This document shows, in pieces, positions 18,431-28,108 of a DNA stretch of 64,000 bases (its first letter is position 1; each line of letters begins with the position of its first letter). Source of the stretch: an uncultured virus (IMG/VR IMGVR_UViG_3300042695_001232) (lineage: Duplodnaviria > Heunggongvirae > Uroviricota > Caudoviricetes); the IMG/VR virus record IMGVR_UViG_3300042695_001232; one strand, given 5' to 3'. The position numbers were made by a program, and so were the translations under genes. Under the pieces are notes generated by a model. That model had not been told where the DNA came from and searched no databases. It saw only the letters and a list, made by a program, of their open reading frames with translations.

Positions 18431-19170
18431 AAAGAACACTTATTATATCTGATATCCATCTAAGATGGAAGTTAGTTGATAATATTATCAATGAAGAGTC
18501 CCCAGATGAAATTATTTTCTTGGGTGATTACTTTGATGATTTCGGAGACACTGCTGAACGTAATCTTGTGATGGCAGAATGGTTAGTAAGGTCTATTGAA
18601 CAACCCAACCGTATTCATCTCATGGGGAATCACGATATCATGTATGGTACACGTGATCGTAACTACCGTTGTTCAGGTTATACACCCGACAAGGAGTATC
18701 TTATAAATACAGTGATGACACGTGATCATTGGAAAAAGATCAAGATGTATCATTGGTTGGATGACATTCTATGCAGTCATGCGGGTGTTCATAGACACTT
18801 TCATAATAAAAACAGCGTTGACGGACGTGATTTGAAGACATGGTTGGAACAAGATGCAAAACTTGCATTGAGAAATGCGTTTGAACGTCGTGAACAGATG
18901 CATGAAATGTTTCATGCCGGATATAGTCGTGGTGGTATAAACAAACACGGTGGAATTGTATGGTGTGATTTTGATGAATTTGAAGGTATTCCGGGTGTCA
19001 AACAAATCTTTGGACACACTCCACAACAAACTCCAACATGGAAGAACTATACCGAAAATGAATTGATCAGTGAAAATCTGTGTTTGGATACACATAACAG
19101 AGACTATGTGATATATAACAATGGTAAGTTGGAGATCAAATCTTCGATTGACATTAGCCGGTGGAAATAA
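18427..19170 (+). CDS. Metallophosphoesterase
   Basis: SDIH, LGDYFD, GNHD, SHAG, GHT. Confidence 0.85.
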   Translation: MKRTLIISDIHLRWKLVDNIINEESPDEIIFLGDYFDDFGDTAERNLVMAEWLVRSIEQPNRIHLMGNHDIMYGTRDRNYRCSGYTPDKEYLINTVMTRDHWKKIKMYHWLDDILCSHAGVHRHFHNKNSVDGRDLKTWLEQDAKLALRNAFERREQMHEMFHAGYSRGGINKHGGIVWCDFDEFEGIPGVKQIFGHTPQQTPTWKNYTENELISENLCLDTHNRDYVIYNNGKLEIKSSIDISRWK

Positions 19171-19378
19171 AGATAATTATCTTTTGAAACATCGGTGTCA
19201 CAACGGTGACAATTGTTTTACAAACAATATGTACATAATACGTTTGTATACTTTAGATAGTATATGAAATTTAACTGTGCATATTGTCATACACCAACAA
19301 CAAAGTCAGATAATATCATCAAAATGTGTTGTATATGTGACGATGATATACGATTTATAAAAATCGATGAAATATTGA

Positions 19379-20047
19379 GTGGATTTTATAATGACAAAGT
19401 ATATTTATTGGCAGACTACAATATTTATGACAAAAATAAAAGCTTACACCCCACTTTATCTAACGTCGGATGATGAATATGTTGATACAGATTCACAAAA
19501 ACAATCAAAAGACAATCTAAATATAGGAAACAATCAAATTTTTTTTTATGACGATATTACTCGTCAAAGCATATACGCATTTAACAAACAATTAGATATT
19601 ACATCCAAATCAATGCAATTGTTGGGTATACACTATAACCTTGCAATTATTCCACCAATTGAAATTTTTATAAACAGTGAAGGTGGTGAAGTTCTTAGCG
19701 CATTCAGTGCGGTAGATCGTATAAAATCATCAAAGGTGCCAGTACACTCGTATATAGAAGGATTTTGCGCAAGTGCCGCAACTTTATTGAGTGTATGTGC
19801 CCATAAACGGTATATACGTAAAAACAGTTTCATGATGATTCATCAATTGAGTGGTGGAATATGGGGTGCATTTGAAACTATAAAAGATGAAACGCACAAT
19901 ATGGAACTGTTGATGAAATATATTAAAAATATATATTTAGAACATACAAAAATTTCTGAAAACGATTTGGTAGAAATATTAAAACACGATACATATCTAA
20001 GTTCAGAAGAATGTATCAAATATGGACTTGTTGATGAAATTGTATGA
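19379..20047 (+). CDS. clpP: ClpP-like serine protease (start possibly 19427)
   Basis: INSEGG, CASAAT (Ser), MIHQ (His), HDTYL (Asp), YGLVDEI. Confidence 0.85.
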   Translation: MDFIMTKYIYWQTTIFMTKIKAYTPLYLTSDDEYVDTDSQKQSKDNLNIGNNQIFFYDDITRQSIYAFNKQLDITSKSMQLLGIHYNLAIIPPIEIFINSEGGEVLSAFSAVDRIKSSKVPVHSYIEGFCASAATLLSVCAHKRYIRKNSFMMIHQLSGGIWGAFETIKDETHNMELLMKYIKNIYLEHTKISENDLVEILKHDTYLSSEECIKYGLVDEIV

Positions 20048-20059
20048 TATATATCCAGC

Positions 20060-20377
20060 ATGTTTAATGTTGGATATCTGTATATCATAACCAATAAAGC
20101 ATGGCCAGGATATGTAAAGGTTGGTGTGACGTTGGATCTTAAAAAGAGACTTCAACAATATCAAACATCTTCGCCATTCAGAGATTATAAGTTGGTATAT
20201 TCAATTCAACATCCAAAATACCTTGAGGCTGAAAAACAAATCAAGGAAACAATGAAGCCATTTGCTAAATCAATCAAAAATGAGTGGTTTGAAGTGGATC
20301 TTCATATGGCAAAACCCCGATTAGATGAACAATTGGAGTTGTACGAAACAAATAAAAAAGGAATTGACTTATTTTAA
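20060..20377 (+). CDS. T5orf172-type GIY-YIG protein
   Basis: GYLYII..YVKVG..RLQQYQTSSP..E..NEWF. Confidence 0.8.
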   Translation: MFNVGYLYIITNKAWPGYVKVGVTLDLKKRLQQYQTSSPFRDYKLVYSIQHPKYLEAEKQIKETMKPFAKSIKNEWFEVDLHMAKPRLDEQLELYETNKKGIDLF

Positions 20378-20391
20378 CTGTGTGATAGGAT
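20364..20391 (+). promoter_or_regulatory. Sigma70-like promoter, leaderless geometry
   Basis: TTGACT-16-TAGGAT with TG extension, 6 nt, ATG 20398. Confidence 0.7.
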
Positions 20392-20397
20392 GAAGTT

Positions 20398-21042
20398 ATG
20401 AATGAAAGCGTTGTAAATAAAGCTATTTGTCTAAATTTAAATTCCAATTGGCAACCAATCGGATTTAAAACTGTAAAAGATGCTATCATTGATTTATGTG
20501 GTGGTGACAATAATGGAAAACCTACATCATTGGCACTTGATATTGATTACGAACTTGATCAAAATGGTGATCCGATTATGAATGAGGCTAAAAGCATGAA
20601 TCCGATAAGTTGGACAGAATGGATGAATTTGCCAATTCGTAGTTGGGATTTAACTATTTCTGGTACAAACCGAATTTATCGTGTTCCCACCGTCATTATT
20701 GCAACGAACTATTCAAAAATGCCGGTACGATATTTCAAAGGTAGACCAAGTAAAGATGCAATTTACAACCGTGATAATGGTATCTGTCAATATTCCGGAA
20801 AAAAAGTAGATCGAAACAATGCTACGGTTGATCATGTCATTCCACGTAGCAAAGGTGGAGCTGATAGTTGGACTAATCTTGTATTGTGTTCAAAAGACAT
20901 TAACAGTAAAAAGGGAAATAAAACCAATAACGAAGCGGGATTGACTCTACTAAAAAATCCCATTGTTCCACAACCAATTCCAGTGTATGCTTTGATAAAA
21001 GAAGCTAAACATGAAGATTGGAAACATTTTTTGTTGAATTAA
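20398..21042 (+). CDS. HNH endonuclease
   Basis: RDNGICQY, TVDHVIPRSKGG..SWTNLV..N..KGNK. Confidence 0.9.
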   Translation: MNESVVNKAICLNLNSNWQPIGFKTVKDAIIDLCGGDNNGKPTSLALDIDYELDQNGDPIMNEAKSMNPISWTEWMNLPIRSWDLTISGTNRIYRVPTVIIATNYSKMPVRYFKGRPSKDAIYNRDNGICQYSGKKVDRNNATVDHVIPRSKGGADSWTNLVLCSKDINSKKGNKTNNEAGLTLLKNPIVPQPIPVYALIKEAKHEDWKHFLLN

Positions 21043-21053
21043 GTTGAGATACT

Positions 21054-21091
21054 AAAAAACCAGATGATATTTGTTTGTCATCTGGTTTTTT
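21054..21091. terminator. Bidirectional intrinsic terminator
   Basis: AAAAAACCAGATGA...TCATCTGGTTTTTT between converging genes. Confidence 0.85.
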
Positions 21092-21111
21092 GTTAAAGTA
21101 TTTTTTATAAC

Positions 21112-22341
21112 TTACTTGTTTAGATACTCTTTACATCTCAAATAGTGATCGTTTTTAACCATCTTTTGAACCAGTTCATTGAAAGACGTTTTAGGAGTCC
21201 AGTTGAAATCATTTCTAAACTCACTGCTATCACCCCATAGAAGATCTACTTCGGCTGGACGATAAAAGTTACTATTGATTTTCACTAAAACGTGGTTGGT
21301 ACCGTTTTGTATGTACTGTTCATTAATATCAGTTCCCTCCCAACGCCCATCAATATTTAAACATTTAAATGATAGTTCAACGAATTCTTTAATGGTATGT
21401 GTTTCATTACTTGAAAGAACATATTCTTTCAAAACATCGATTGATTCTTTACTATAAGATAAACCTGTGTAGAGTTTGGGGTCCAAACCAGCACGATGTT
21501 TTTCCTGATTAAGCATCATCCAAACACAATGTACAAAGTCTTCACTATCACTCCAGTCACGTTTGGCATTTACGTTACCTAATTCAACGGCTTTAGGAAT
21601 ACGTCCTTCACTCAACTCTTCGGAAATACGTGCAACGTTCTTTGAAATCTTACGTGTTACGAATTCTTCTCCACGGCGTGTTCCTTCGTGATTGAACAAC
21701 CAACTTTGAATTGCATATAGATTGTAACTATCACGATAAACCTTCACAATTTGACGGGCAGCGGCTTTGCTAGCACCATATGGACTACGTGGTCTAAGAG
21801 GATGATTTTCATCCTGAGGAGAACGTATAATGTTTCCAAATTCCTCGGATGAACCAGCATTATAAAATCTGCAACTTGGTCTATACAAACGAATTGCTTC
21901 AAGTATATCTAATACTGATGTACAATTCGTTTGCCAAGTTTGTCTTGGAAAGTCCCAACTACTTGCAACAAAACTTTGAGCAGCAAAGTTGATGAAATAA
22001 TCTGGTTTCATCTTTTCTACAAACTGACCAATTGAATGTGTATCAGTAAGGTCAAAATTCACTAAGAAAAATCGATCTGAGTTAATGTGTGACAGATTAT
22101 GATGATTATATACACTCAGTCTACGTACACCACCAAAAATAATTACATCGGTGTTTTCCAATAGATAATCAATCATGTGACTTCCATCTTGACCAGTCAC
22201 GCCCGTAATAATTACGATCTTTGTATAAATGTGTTGTTTAAGTTTTTGATCACGAACGGTTTTTGCATCAGCTATGCTTAAAATATTAGCTGTGTCAATC
22301 TTTTTTCCATGTAATGTTTCTTGTAAATTTTTTGATGTCAT
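21112..22341 (-). CDS. gmd: GDP-mannose 4,6-dehydratase
   Basis: ITGVTGQDGS, AAQSFV, SSEEFG, PRSPYGASK, FNHE, FVTRKI, RDWS, RPAEVDLL. Confidence 0.93.
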   Translation of the reverse strand: MTSKNLQETLHGKKIDTANILSIADAKTVRDQKLKQHIYTKIVIITGVTGQDGSHMIDYLLENTDVIIFGGVRRLSVYNHHNLSHINSDRFFLVNFDLTDTHSIGQFVEKMKPDYFINFAAQSFVASSWDFPRQTWQTNCTSVLDILEAIRLYRPSCRFYNAGSSEEFGNIIRSPQDENHPLRPRSPYGASKAAARQIVKVYRDSYNLYAIQSWLFNHEGTRRGEEFVTRKISKNVARISEELSEGRIPKAVELGNVNAKRDWSDSEDFVHCVWMMLNQEKHRAGLDPKLYTGLSYSKESIDVLKEYVLSSNETHTIKEFVELSFKCLNIDGRWEGTDINEQYIQNGTNHVLVKINSNFYRPAEVDLLWGDSSEFRNDFNWTPKTSFNELVQKMVKNDHYLRCKEYLNK

Positions 22342-22390
22342 AATTTAAAATAACCTTTCAACTACGTTGTGATAATATATATGAAAGCAT

Positions 22391-22753
22391 ATGAAAGAAG
22401 ATTTATTCTATTTAATTATTAGCGACAATAACTTCAGTAATGAACTGATTAAAAGATTTCCGGGTCTTTATTCGTATATCACATCATTTAAACAAAACGC
22501 ATCGCAAGAACACAATGAAAAGTGTAAAAATGTAATTGGTAAATTTTATGATGAAAATGAAAATCTAAAAAAAGTATTCATCAATTACGTTAGTCAGAAA
22601 AAAGATTTTAATCGTGTAGATGGTAAAGTATTTGAACTAAATAATTCAGAAGAGTATTTACGTCTAATTCGTAAAGCTAAATCTGAAAACTGGAAGTATG
22701 AAGGTATTAGCGTAGTAGAAAATAATAATAAAATCAAAGTATATTTCTACTAA
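22391..22753 (+). CDS. Hypothetical protein
   Basis: 120 aa ORF. Confidence 0.6.
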   Translation: MKEDLFYLIISDNNFSNELIKRFPGLYSYITSFKQNASQEHNEKCKNVIGKFYDENENLKKVFINYVSQKKDFNRVDGKVFELNNSEEYLRLIRKAKSENWKYEGISVVENNNKIKVYFY

Positions 22754-23226
22754 TAGTCCTCATCGTTATCTTCATAATTTTCATCCTCATCATCGGGTGG
22801 GGTATTGGAATTATCATTAAACTTCTTGAAATCAACATCACGCAATCCTAAAGTATTGACCAGTTGAATAATCAATAAACACGTTTCATCTTTAGACAAA
22901 TCTTTTTCTAAAATCGTATTAACTATAAGTGAAGACATTAAAATTATTTTTCTTTTGTCTTTTTCTGTAATCAACATCATTTTGTGATTTGGTTCCTTTT
23001 TTTTCTTAGAATTAGTGATTAAACCCGGAATTGTATTATTAAATATTGCAAGTTGCGTTTCTTTTAGTATTTCTTGTTTTAATGCTTCTTGAAAGTCCAA
23101 AGAAAATTCGTCTACCGTGTTAAGTTTTTCAGACATTTTTTTAATGCGATCTTTAGTTACCTTCTTCGCAATTGAAAAATTGGACATAACACCATATTTT
23201 GCTAGTATGTGATCGCACGTTTGCAT
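22750..23226 (-). CDS. Hypothetical protein, acidic tail
   Basis: 158 aa ORF with TATTTAT motif upstream. Confidence 0.6.
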   Translation of the reverse strand: MQTCDHILAKYGVMSNFSIAKKVTKDRIKKMSEKLNTVDEFSLDFQEALKQEILKETQLAIFNNTIPGLITNSKKKKEPNHKMMLITEKDKRKIILMSSLIVNTILEKDLSKDETCLLIIQLVNTLGLRDVDFKKFNDNSNTPPDDEDENYEDNDEDY

Positions 23227-23241
23227 ATAATAATAAATATG

Positions 23242-23958
23242 TCAGTATCTTGTAATAAACAAATGTTTTGACCCTTGCATAATATCTGGATCAAAATGTT
23301 TTAATCCACGTTTAATAAATCCTTTTCCTGCAACGAATGTACAGTTATAACACAACAATTTAACATTTTCCAACTTGTGATTTTTTGAATCACCGTCTTC
23401 AAAATTTAGAAGAAGAGGTATTTTTCCGTCAACCACTCTACGTTCTTTATAGCCACACATTTCACAACATGCATCTTTTTTTCTTGAACGAATTAACTTA
23501 TCTTTGAGTCTGTATACAGGATAGTCCGGATACTTACCTTCAAGTATTGAACTCAATGGATACTTACCCATCTCAGGATTCACATCTTTTTTAATTCCTT
23601 TATTGTATGGATTTAACAACTTGTGCATATCGTACATTTTAGCATATTTACGATACGTTAGATAATTAACTCCTAATTTACGTGCAGCTTCTCTACCACT
23701 TTTTGATACAGCCTGTACAGCTGCAATTTCTGATTGTAATAACGGTCTTGCACCATGTCCTCTTTTTAGTTTTACTTTTAAACTGTCTTGTTTATCTCTC
23801 AAATGTGGAACGTCAAGTTTTTCTGCAATTTCACGTTGAATTTCATTTGCAACAGATTCACCCAAACCTTGAAGTTTTTTCATTTCACGAACTTCTTGTT
23901 TTAACTTTTCAAGTTCGGATAGAATGTTTAAAGGAATATTTTCCGGAATATCATTCAT
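23242..23958 (-). CDS. HTH + degenerate HNH/Zn-finger protein
   Basis: SGREAARKLGVNYLTYRKY; CEMCG...DGD..N..LEN..LLCYNC. Confidence 0.7.
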   Translation of the reverse strand: MNDIPENIPLNILSELEKLKQEVREMKKLQGLGESVANEIQREIAEKLDVPHLRDKQDSLKVKLKRGHGARPLLQSEIAAVQAVSKSGREAARKLGVNYLTYRKYAKMYDMHKLLNPYNKGIKKDVNPEMGKYPLSSILEGKYPDYPVYRLKDKLIRSRKKDACCEMCGYKERRVVDGKIPLLLNFEDGDSKNHKLENVKLLCYNCTFVAGKGFIKRGLKHFDPDIMQGSKHLFITRY

Positions 23959-23959
23959 A

Positions 23960-24271
23960 TTACTTTGATTTAATTGGTTCCTTTTTCAAATCTATTCCAC
24001 TATCTTTCATAAACCTATTTCTCAAATTTTCAGCTTGAATATGCATTGCAGCATTAACTAGTACTACGTAAGTATTATATACATGCATCTTTGATCGTTT
24101 ACGATCTAAACAAGATATCATACATGGTGGTACTGACATATGAGTTGATTGTTGACGTTTAAATTCAATAATACGAGTACATGCTTCCATAAATGGATCT
24201 TCAAACATATCCTCAATATCCAAATTAAATGTTTCAGTTCCAAGTTTTACAATAATACTATTTTTTTTCAT
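23960..24271 (-). CDS. Hypothetical protein
   Basis: ORF in operon. Confidence 0.6.
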   Translation of the reverse strand: MKKNSIIVKLGTETFNLDIEDMFEDPFMEACTRIIEFKRQQSTHMSVPPCMISCLDRKRSKMHVYNTYVVLVNAAMHIQAENLRNRFMKDSGIDLKKEPIKSK

Positions 24272-25883
24272 ATTTTAAATCACCGTCATTTAACAAATCC
24301 ATGTTTTTTAGTTTTTCGTTTACACTATTACAAACTCGTTCTTCAACTGTTTTTGCAACAAATACAATCTTTTGAATACTTTTAGTCTTTGCACTATCAC
24401 GCCATACACGTCCTGTGGCTTGTCTCATTTGTACCGCACTATACGATGGACTAATTAACGCAATACGTGGATGGTTTCCGTTCAAATCATGTAATGACAA
24501 TCCAGCACCACCAGCAGCAATATTAACCAATATAACTCGTTGTTTATCCGCTTGAAAATCATCAATATTTTGTTGCCGATCAATATCAGAAACTACACCA
24601 TTTACAATACACGTTGTATTCAAACGTTTTGATAAAGCAGTAATAGTTTCCGTAAAATTAGCAAACAATACAACACTCATATTGTTTTCCAACGCTTCTT
24701 CAACCATTTCAACAAATAATGGAACTTTAACCAGTTCAACCTTTTGTCTCGCTCTTAAAATTGCAGTCAGTTCACTTGCACTATCATTTTTTTCCTTTTT
24801 AACTTTATTTTTAAGTTTGGCAAGTTCAGATTCCATTTCGTCATAAATACCATTGATCTTATGTTGTGCTTCTTCTTCCATATCATAACACTCTGCTATG
24901 ATCTGACTTTCTGGAAAGTTTGGAATAGTATCTCTTGACAAACGGGTACCTCTATTAACAAATATGTCTTTATGTAGTTTCTTTAATACTTCTTTGTTTC
25001 CATTAAATTGTAATCCAAATCGACCTTTGGTAACACCATGTGCATATAACCAAGTATAATACTGTCTATTATTTTCAAATAACTTGAGGGCCATTCCAAC
25101 TGTACGTAATTCCAAAGGATTTGTTGCATTTGTTGCACTGCAAAATAACATTTTATAACCATCTTTAAGAGCCTTTAAACACACCTCACTATTTTTTGTA
25201 GTTGCACCCTTTAACTTTTGACTTTCGTCCCAAATAATCAATGTAGACTTTGGAATTTTCCACTTAAATTCGTTGACATGAGTTTTTCGGTTCTTAACAT
25301 ATGATGCAATCATAGAGTCTGATCGTCCCATACGAAGAAGTTCATAGTTGATGATACCAATCAATTTGGTTTTCATCTTGAAATGATTCACTATAACCCG
25401 TCTCCAGCTCTCCATAACAGCTTTAGGACACACTATAAGAATGTCCATGTCTAACTCTCGAGCAACGCCACACGCAATATAACTTTTACCAACGCCTACA
25501 TCGCTTCCATCAATTCCACATCCCCATTTATCAATCACTGAACAGAGTTTTGCAACACTTTCCACCTGCCATGGGCGTAACCCATCAGAGTGTTTCATTG
25601 TATGCGGTTTAAGAACTATATCTTCTGATATAATTTCTTTTGTTTTTGTTTTTGTTTTAGTAAATTGATCTTTAGTGGTCTTTGTTTGTGTCAAATACCA
25701 ATCATTGTCCTTTTTAAGAACGCCATAACCTTTGTCTTTGAGTTTAAAACTATTACCTTTCCAGTATAAAAAGAATTCAGTACGATATGTGACAGGAATC
25801 AATCCGTCACGTCTCCACAATCTTGTTTCATCTGTCAGTTGATATGGTTCTCCCCACTCAATATCAATATTTATCATATTCAA
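24258..25883 (-). CDS. SF2 (SNF2-like) helicase
   Basis: LRPWQ, GVGKS, WDESQ, SAT, GGAGLSL, QATGRVWR. Confidence 0.88.
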   Translation of the reverse strand: MNMINIDIEWGEPYQLTDETRLWRRDGLIPVTYRTEFFLYWKGNSFKLKDKGYGVLKKDNDWYLTQTKTTKDQFTKTKTKTKEIISEDIVLKPHTMKHSDGLRPWQVESVAKLCSVIDKWGCGIDGSDVGVGKSYIACGVARELDMDILIVCPKAVMESWRRVIVNHFKMKTKLIGIINYELLRMGRSDSMIASYVKNRKTHVNEFKWKIPKSTLIIWDESQKLKGATTKNSEVCLKALKDGYKMLFCSATNATNPLELRTVGMALKLFENNRQYYTWLYAHGVTKGRFGLQFNGNKEVLKKLHKDIFVNRGTRLSRDTIPNFPESQIIAECYDMEEEAQHKINGIYDEMESELAKLKNKVKKEKNDSASELTAILRARQKVELVKVPLFVEMVEEALENNMSVVLFANFTETITALSKRLNTTCIVNGVVSDIDRQQNIDDFQADKQRVILVNIAAGGAGLSLHDLNGNHPRIALISPSYSAVQMRQATGRVWRDSAKTKSIQKIVFVAKTVEERVCNSVNEKLKNMDLLNDGDLKYEKK

Positions 25884-26185
25884 TGTCCCATTTCGTCACG
25901 GTACTTAGAGTATTGTGCTACTTCATGTACATTACATCGGACGCATGAATTGTTTTTTATTACACCAACTTCGACATATTCAGACATCGACTCAGTAAAT
26001 ATTCTACCAAGTGGATCATCAATACCGTGACCCAAATCAATCAAATTCTGCATATACTGTTTACGAGTCATTTTAAACTTATATTCCACTACACGTTCTA
26101 GTGTTGAAACTAGATCTTGTAGTGTGTTAAAAATAGCAGGATTTTTGCTGACTTGTTTGTCGATAATATAATACTTCATGTTCAT
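25880..26185 (-). CDS. Hypothetical protein
   Basis: ORF overlapping helicase start. Confidence 0.6.
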   Translation of the reverse strand: MNMKYYIIDKQVSKNPAIFNTLQDLVSTLERVVEYKFKMTRKQYMQNLIDLGHGIDDPLGRIFTESMSEYVEVGVIKNNSCVRCNVHEVAQYSKYRDEMGH

Positions 26186-26281
26186 ACGTCTATAACTAGT
26201 GGCTTATTTAGCACACACTAAATTATAATTCATTAACGATAAACACAGTATATCTTATGATATGACAATACTCAATTTAAT

Positions 26282-27232
26282 TTATCTACGCCATCTGAGT
26301 TCAGACAATATTTTATCAATCAAATGTTTTTCATCCGTATCCATTTCTTTATCAAACTTCTTTAATATTTGATCAAGTGTAACAGACATATCTGGTGCGT
26401 CTTTTTGTTTTTCTCGCAACTCTTGAATTACATCCACAATTTTTGTAAGTGGTGACTTATATTCATTTACTTTATCGTTAGTTGTAAAGTTTAACATTTC
26501 AAATGCGTTTGGCGTCAATGTCTTGATCATACTTAATAGTGTTGTGCCAATTAAATTAAATATACCAAAAGCAGCCGCTGCAACGGGATTGAGTGTACTC
26601 AATATACGTAACACAAGAAAAATTATACCAAATACAATAATGAAAGTTAAAAAATTGAAAAAGAACTTCTTCAATCCCCACCATACCGCATTCAAACCAA
26701 ACATACCACTCATCGCATCCAATGTAGCTTTATTGGCATCAGCAATTTTTGCTTGTTCTTTGGCTTTATCAGTCAATTCCCACATTTGGTCATCATACTT
26801 TTGATTGAGTTCGGCATTTTCTTGTTGAAGTTTGATAATAATTTCATCACGTTTATTTAACAATTCTTGACCCTTCTTTCGTTCTTCTTCAACAGCTGAA
26901 TTCAAAAGATCGACAGTTGCCTTGATTCGTTTCATTTCATCAATATTTGGAGATCCAACAATAGAAACAACACGTTCATTCAAAGATTTAGCAGTTTCAA
27001 CTTGAATCGGTGGGTTTGTAACCTGATTTAACGAATGTTGAATTCCTTGTGCCAATGTAGACGTTTGAGACTTTTTACCTTGTTCATTCTTACCAATTTG
27101 ATCTAAAGTTTTATCTACCTTCTTTTCTTCTTTAGCAATTGTATCTTGATTTTTAGTTTCTTGTGTTTGAGGTCTAACCGTCGCACAACTTGTTAATAAT
27201 AATAAACTTAAAATAGCGTAAACTTTATTCAT
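26282..27232 (-). CDS. Lipoprotein with coiled coil and C-proximal TM helices (spanin-like?)
   Basis: LLLTSC lipobox, long helical region, hydrophobic FFFNFLTFIIVFGIIFLVL. Confidence 0.6.
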   Translation of the reverse strand: MNKVYAILSLLLLTSCATVRPQTQETKNQDTIAKEEKKVDKTLDQIGKNEQGKKSQTSTLAQGIQHSLNQVTNPPIQVETAKSLNERVVSIVGSPNIDEMKRIKATVDLLNSAVEEERKKGQELLNKRDEIIIKLQQENAELNQKYDDQMWELTDKAKEQAKIADANKATLDAMSGMFGLNAVWWGLKKFFFNFLTFIIVFGIIFLVLRILSTLNPVAAAAFGIFNLIGTTLLSMIKTLTPNAFEMLNFTTNDKVNEYKSPLTKIVDVIQELREKQKDAPDMSVTLDQILKKFDKEMDTDEKHLIDKILSELRWRR

Positions 27233-27242
27233 AATATATCCT

Positions 27243-27809
27243 TTACATGTCTCTTTCTGTTTGACCTGTGGTTGTCTGAAAATACTGAATTAAACGATTG
27301 ATAAGATTGTCGGCCATATATTCATACCAATCACTTGGTTTATATTCAGTTGTACTCAAGCCGTGATGAACAGCTTTAATATCACCGTCTTCAAATTCAT
27401 TTCTCAAAAATTGAACCAAATCATTTTTTAAGTTGGCTTTATTTTGAATTGTAAATACTTCACACAATTCTTCTTTGTAACTCACTCTGACTGGTTTACG
27501 TCCAGTTGTACCGACACCCTTTTTACCATGACCAGATTTACGTTGTGCGGTTCTCTTACGTTTTACCCAATTAGCAATAGCTTTCTTACCACCCTTAGAA
27601 CGTAGTCTCTGAGCATACTTTTTACCTAAACAAGCTGCATATGGACTACCTTTTTTGCTATCACCACACTTACCTACCTTTTTACCGGTACTGTCGTATC
27701 TATCCCATCCACCACCAGTTGAACTGCCTGTCGGACCTTTACCAAACCAAGCTGCAAGATCTTCATCCAATTTAAGGATTTTTTCTAAAAGTTGGTTCTC
27801 AAAGTTCAT
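27243..27809 (-). CDS. Putative head-internal basic protein
   Basis: EDLAAWF..W...CG..PYAACL basic domain bounded by L-x-E sites. Confidence 0.55.
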   Translation of the reverse strand: MNFENQLLEKILKLDEDLAAWFGKGPTGSSTGGGWDRYDSTGKKVGKCGDSKKGSPYAACLGKKYAQRLRSKGGKKAIANWVKRKRTAQRKSGHGKKGVGTTGRKPVRVSYKEELCEVFTIQNKANLKNDLVQFLRNEFEDGDIKAVHHGLSTTEYKPSDWYEYMADNLINRLIQYFQTTTGQTERDM

Positions 27810-27826
27810 AATTTAATAAATATTGA

Positions 27827-28108
27827 CTAACCTTTCAATATTTGTTTTATTTGTGAATTTGTAACTTCTTTATGAGTTACTACACCTAATTTTGATTTCA
27901 ACATTTGTAATGCAGCCTTAGGATTCATTCTTCCACAGTTAAATCCTAATATACCATGTGATCTACAAAAAGATTCCAACTCGTCAATATCTGACTGTGG
28001 AAACTCCTGTATAGAAGGAAGTGTTGTATCTTCTCCTTGTTTCTTTCTACGAACCAAACTTTGAAAGATTGGATCGTTCATAGATGTTGGAAAATCAGGA
28101 AAGTTCAT
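27827..28108 (-). CDS. Hypothetical protein
   Basis: ORF in operon. Confidence 0.55.
   Translation of the reverse strand: MNFPDFPTSMNDPIFQSLVRRKKQGEDTTLPSIQEFPQSDIDELESFCRSHGILGFNCGRMNPKAALQMLKSKLGVVTHKEVTNSQIKQILKG

Noticed and set aside
19195..19210. Hairpin TGTCAC-AACG-GTGACA as ncRNA or terminator
   Set aside because: Only a 6-bp stem without a clear U tract; insufficient evidence
19264..19473. 69-aa Cys-rich ORF before clpP
   Set aside because: Possible small gene, but it overlaps the clpP 5' region and has no recognisable family; left uncalled
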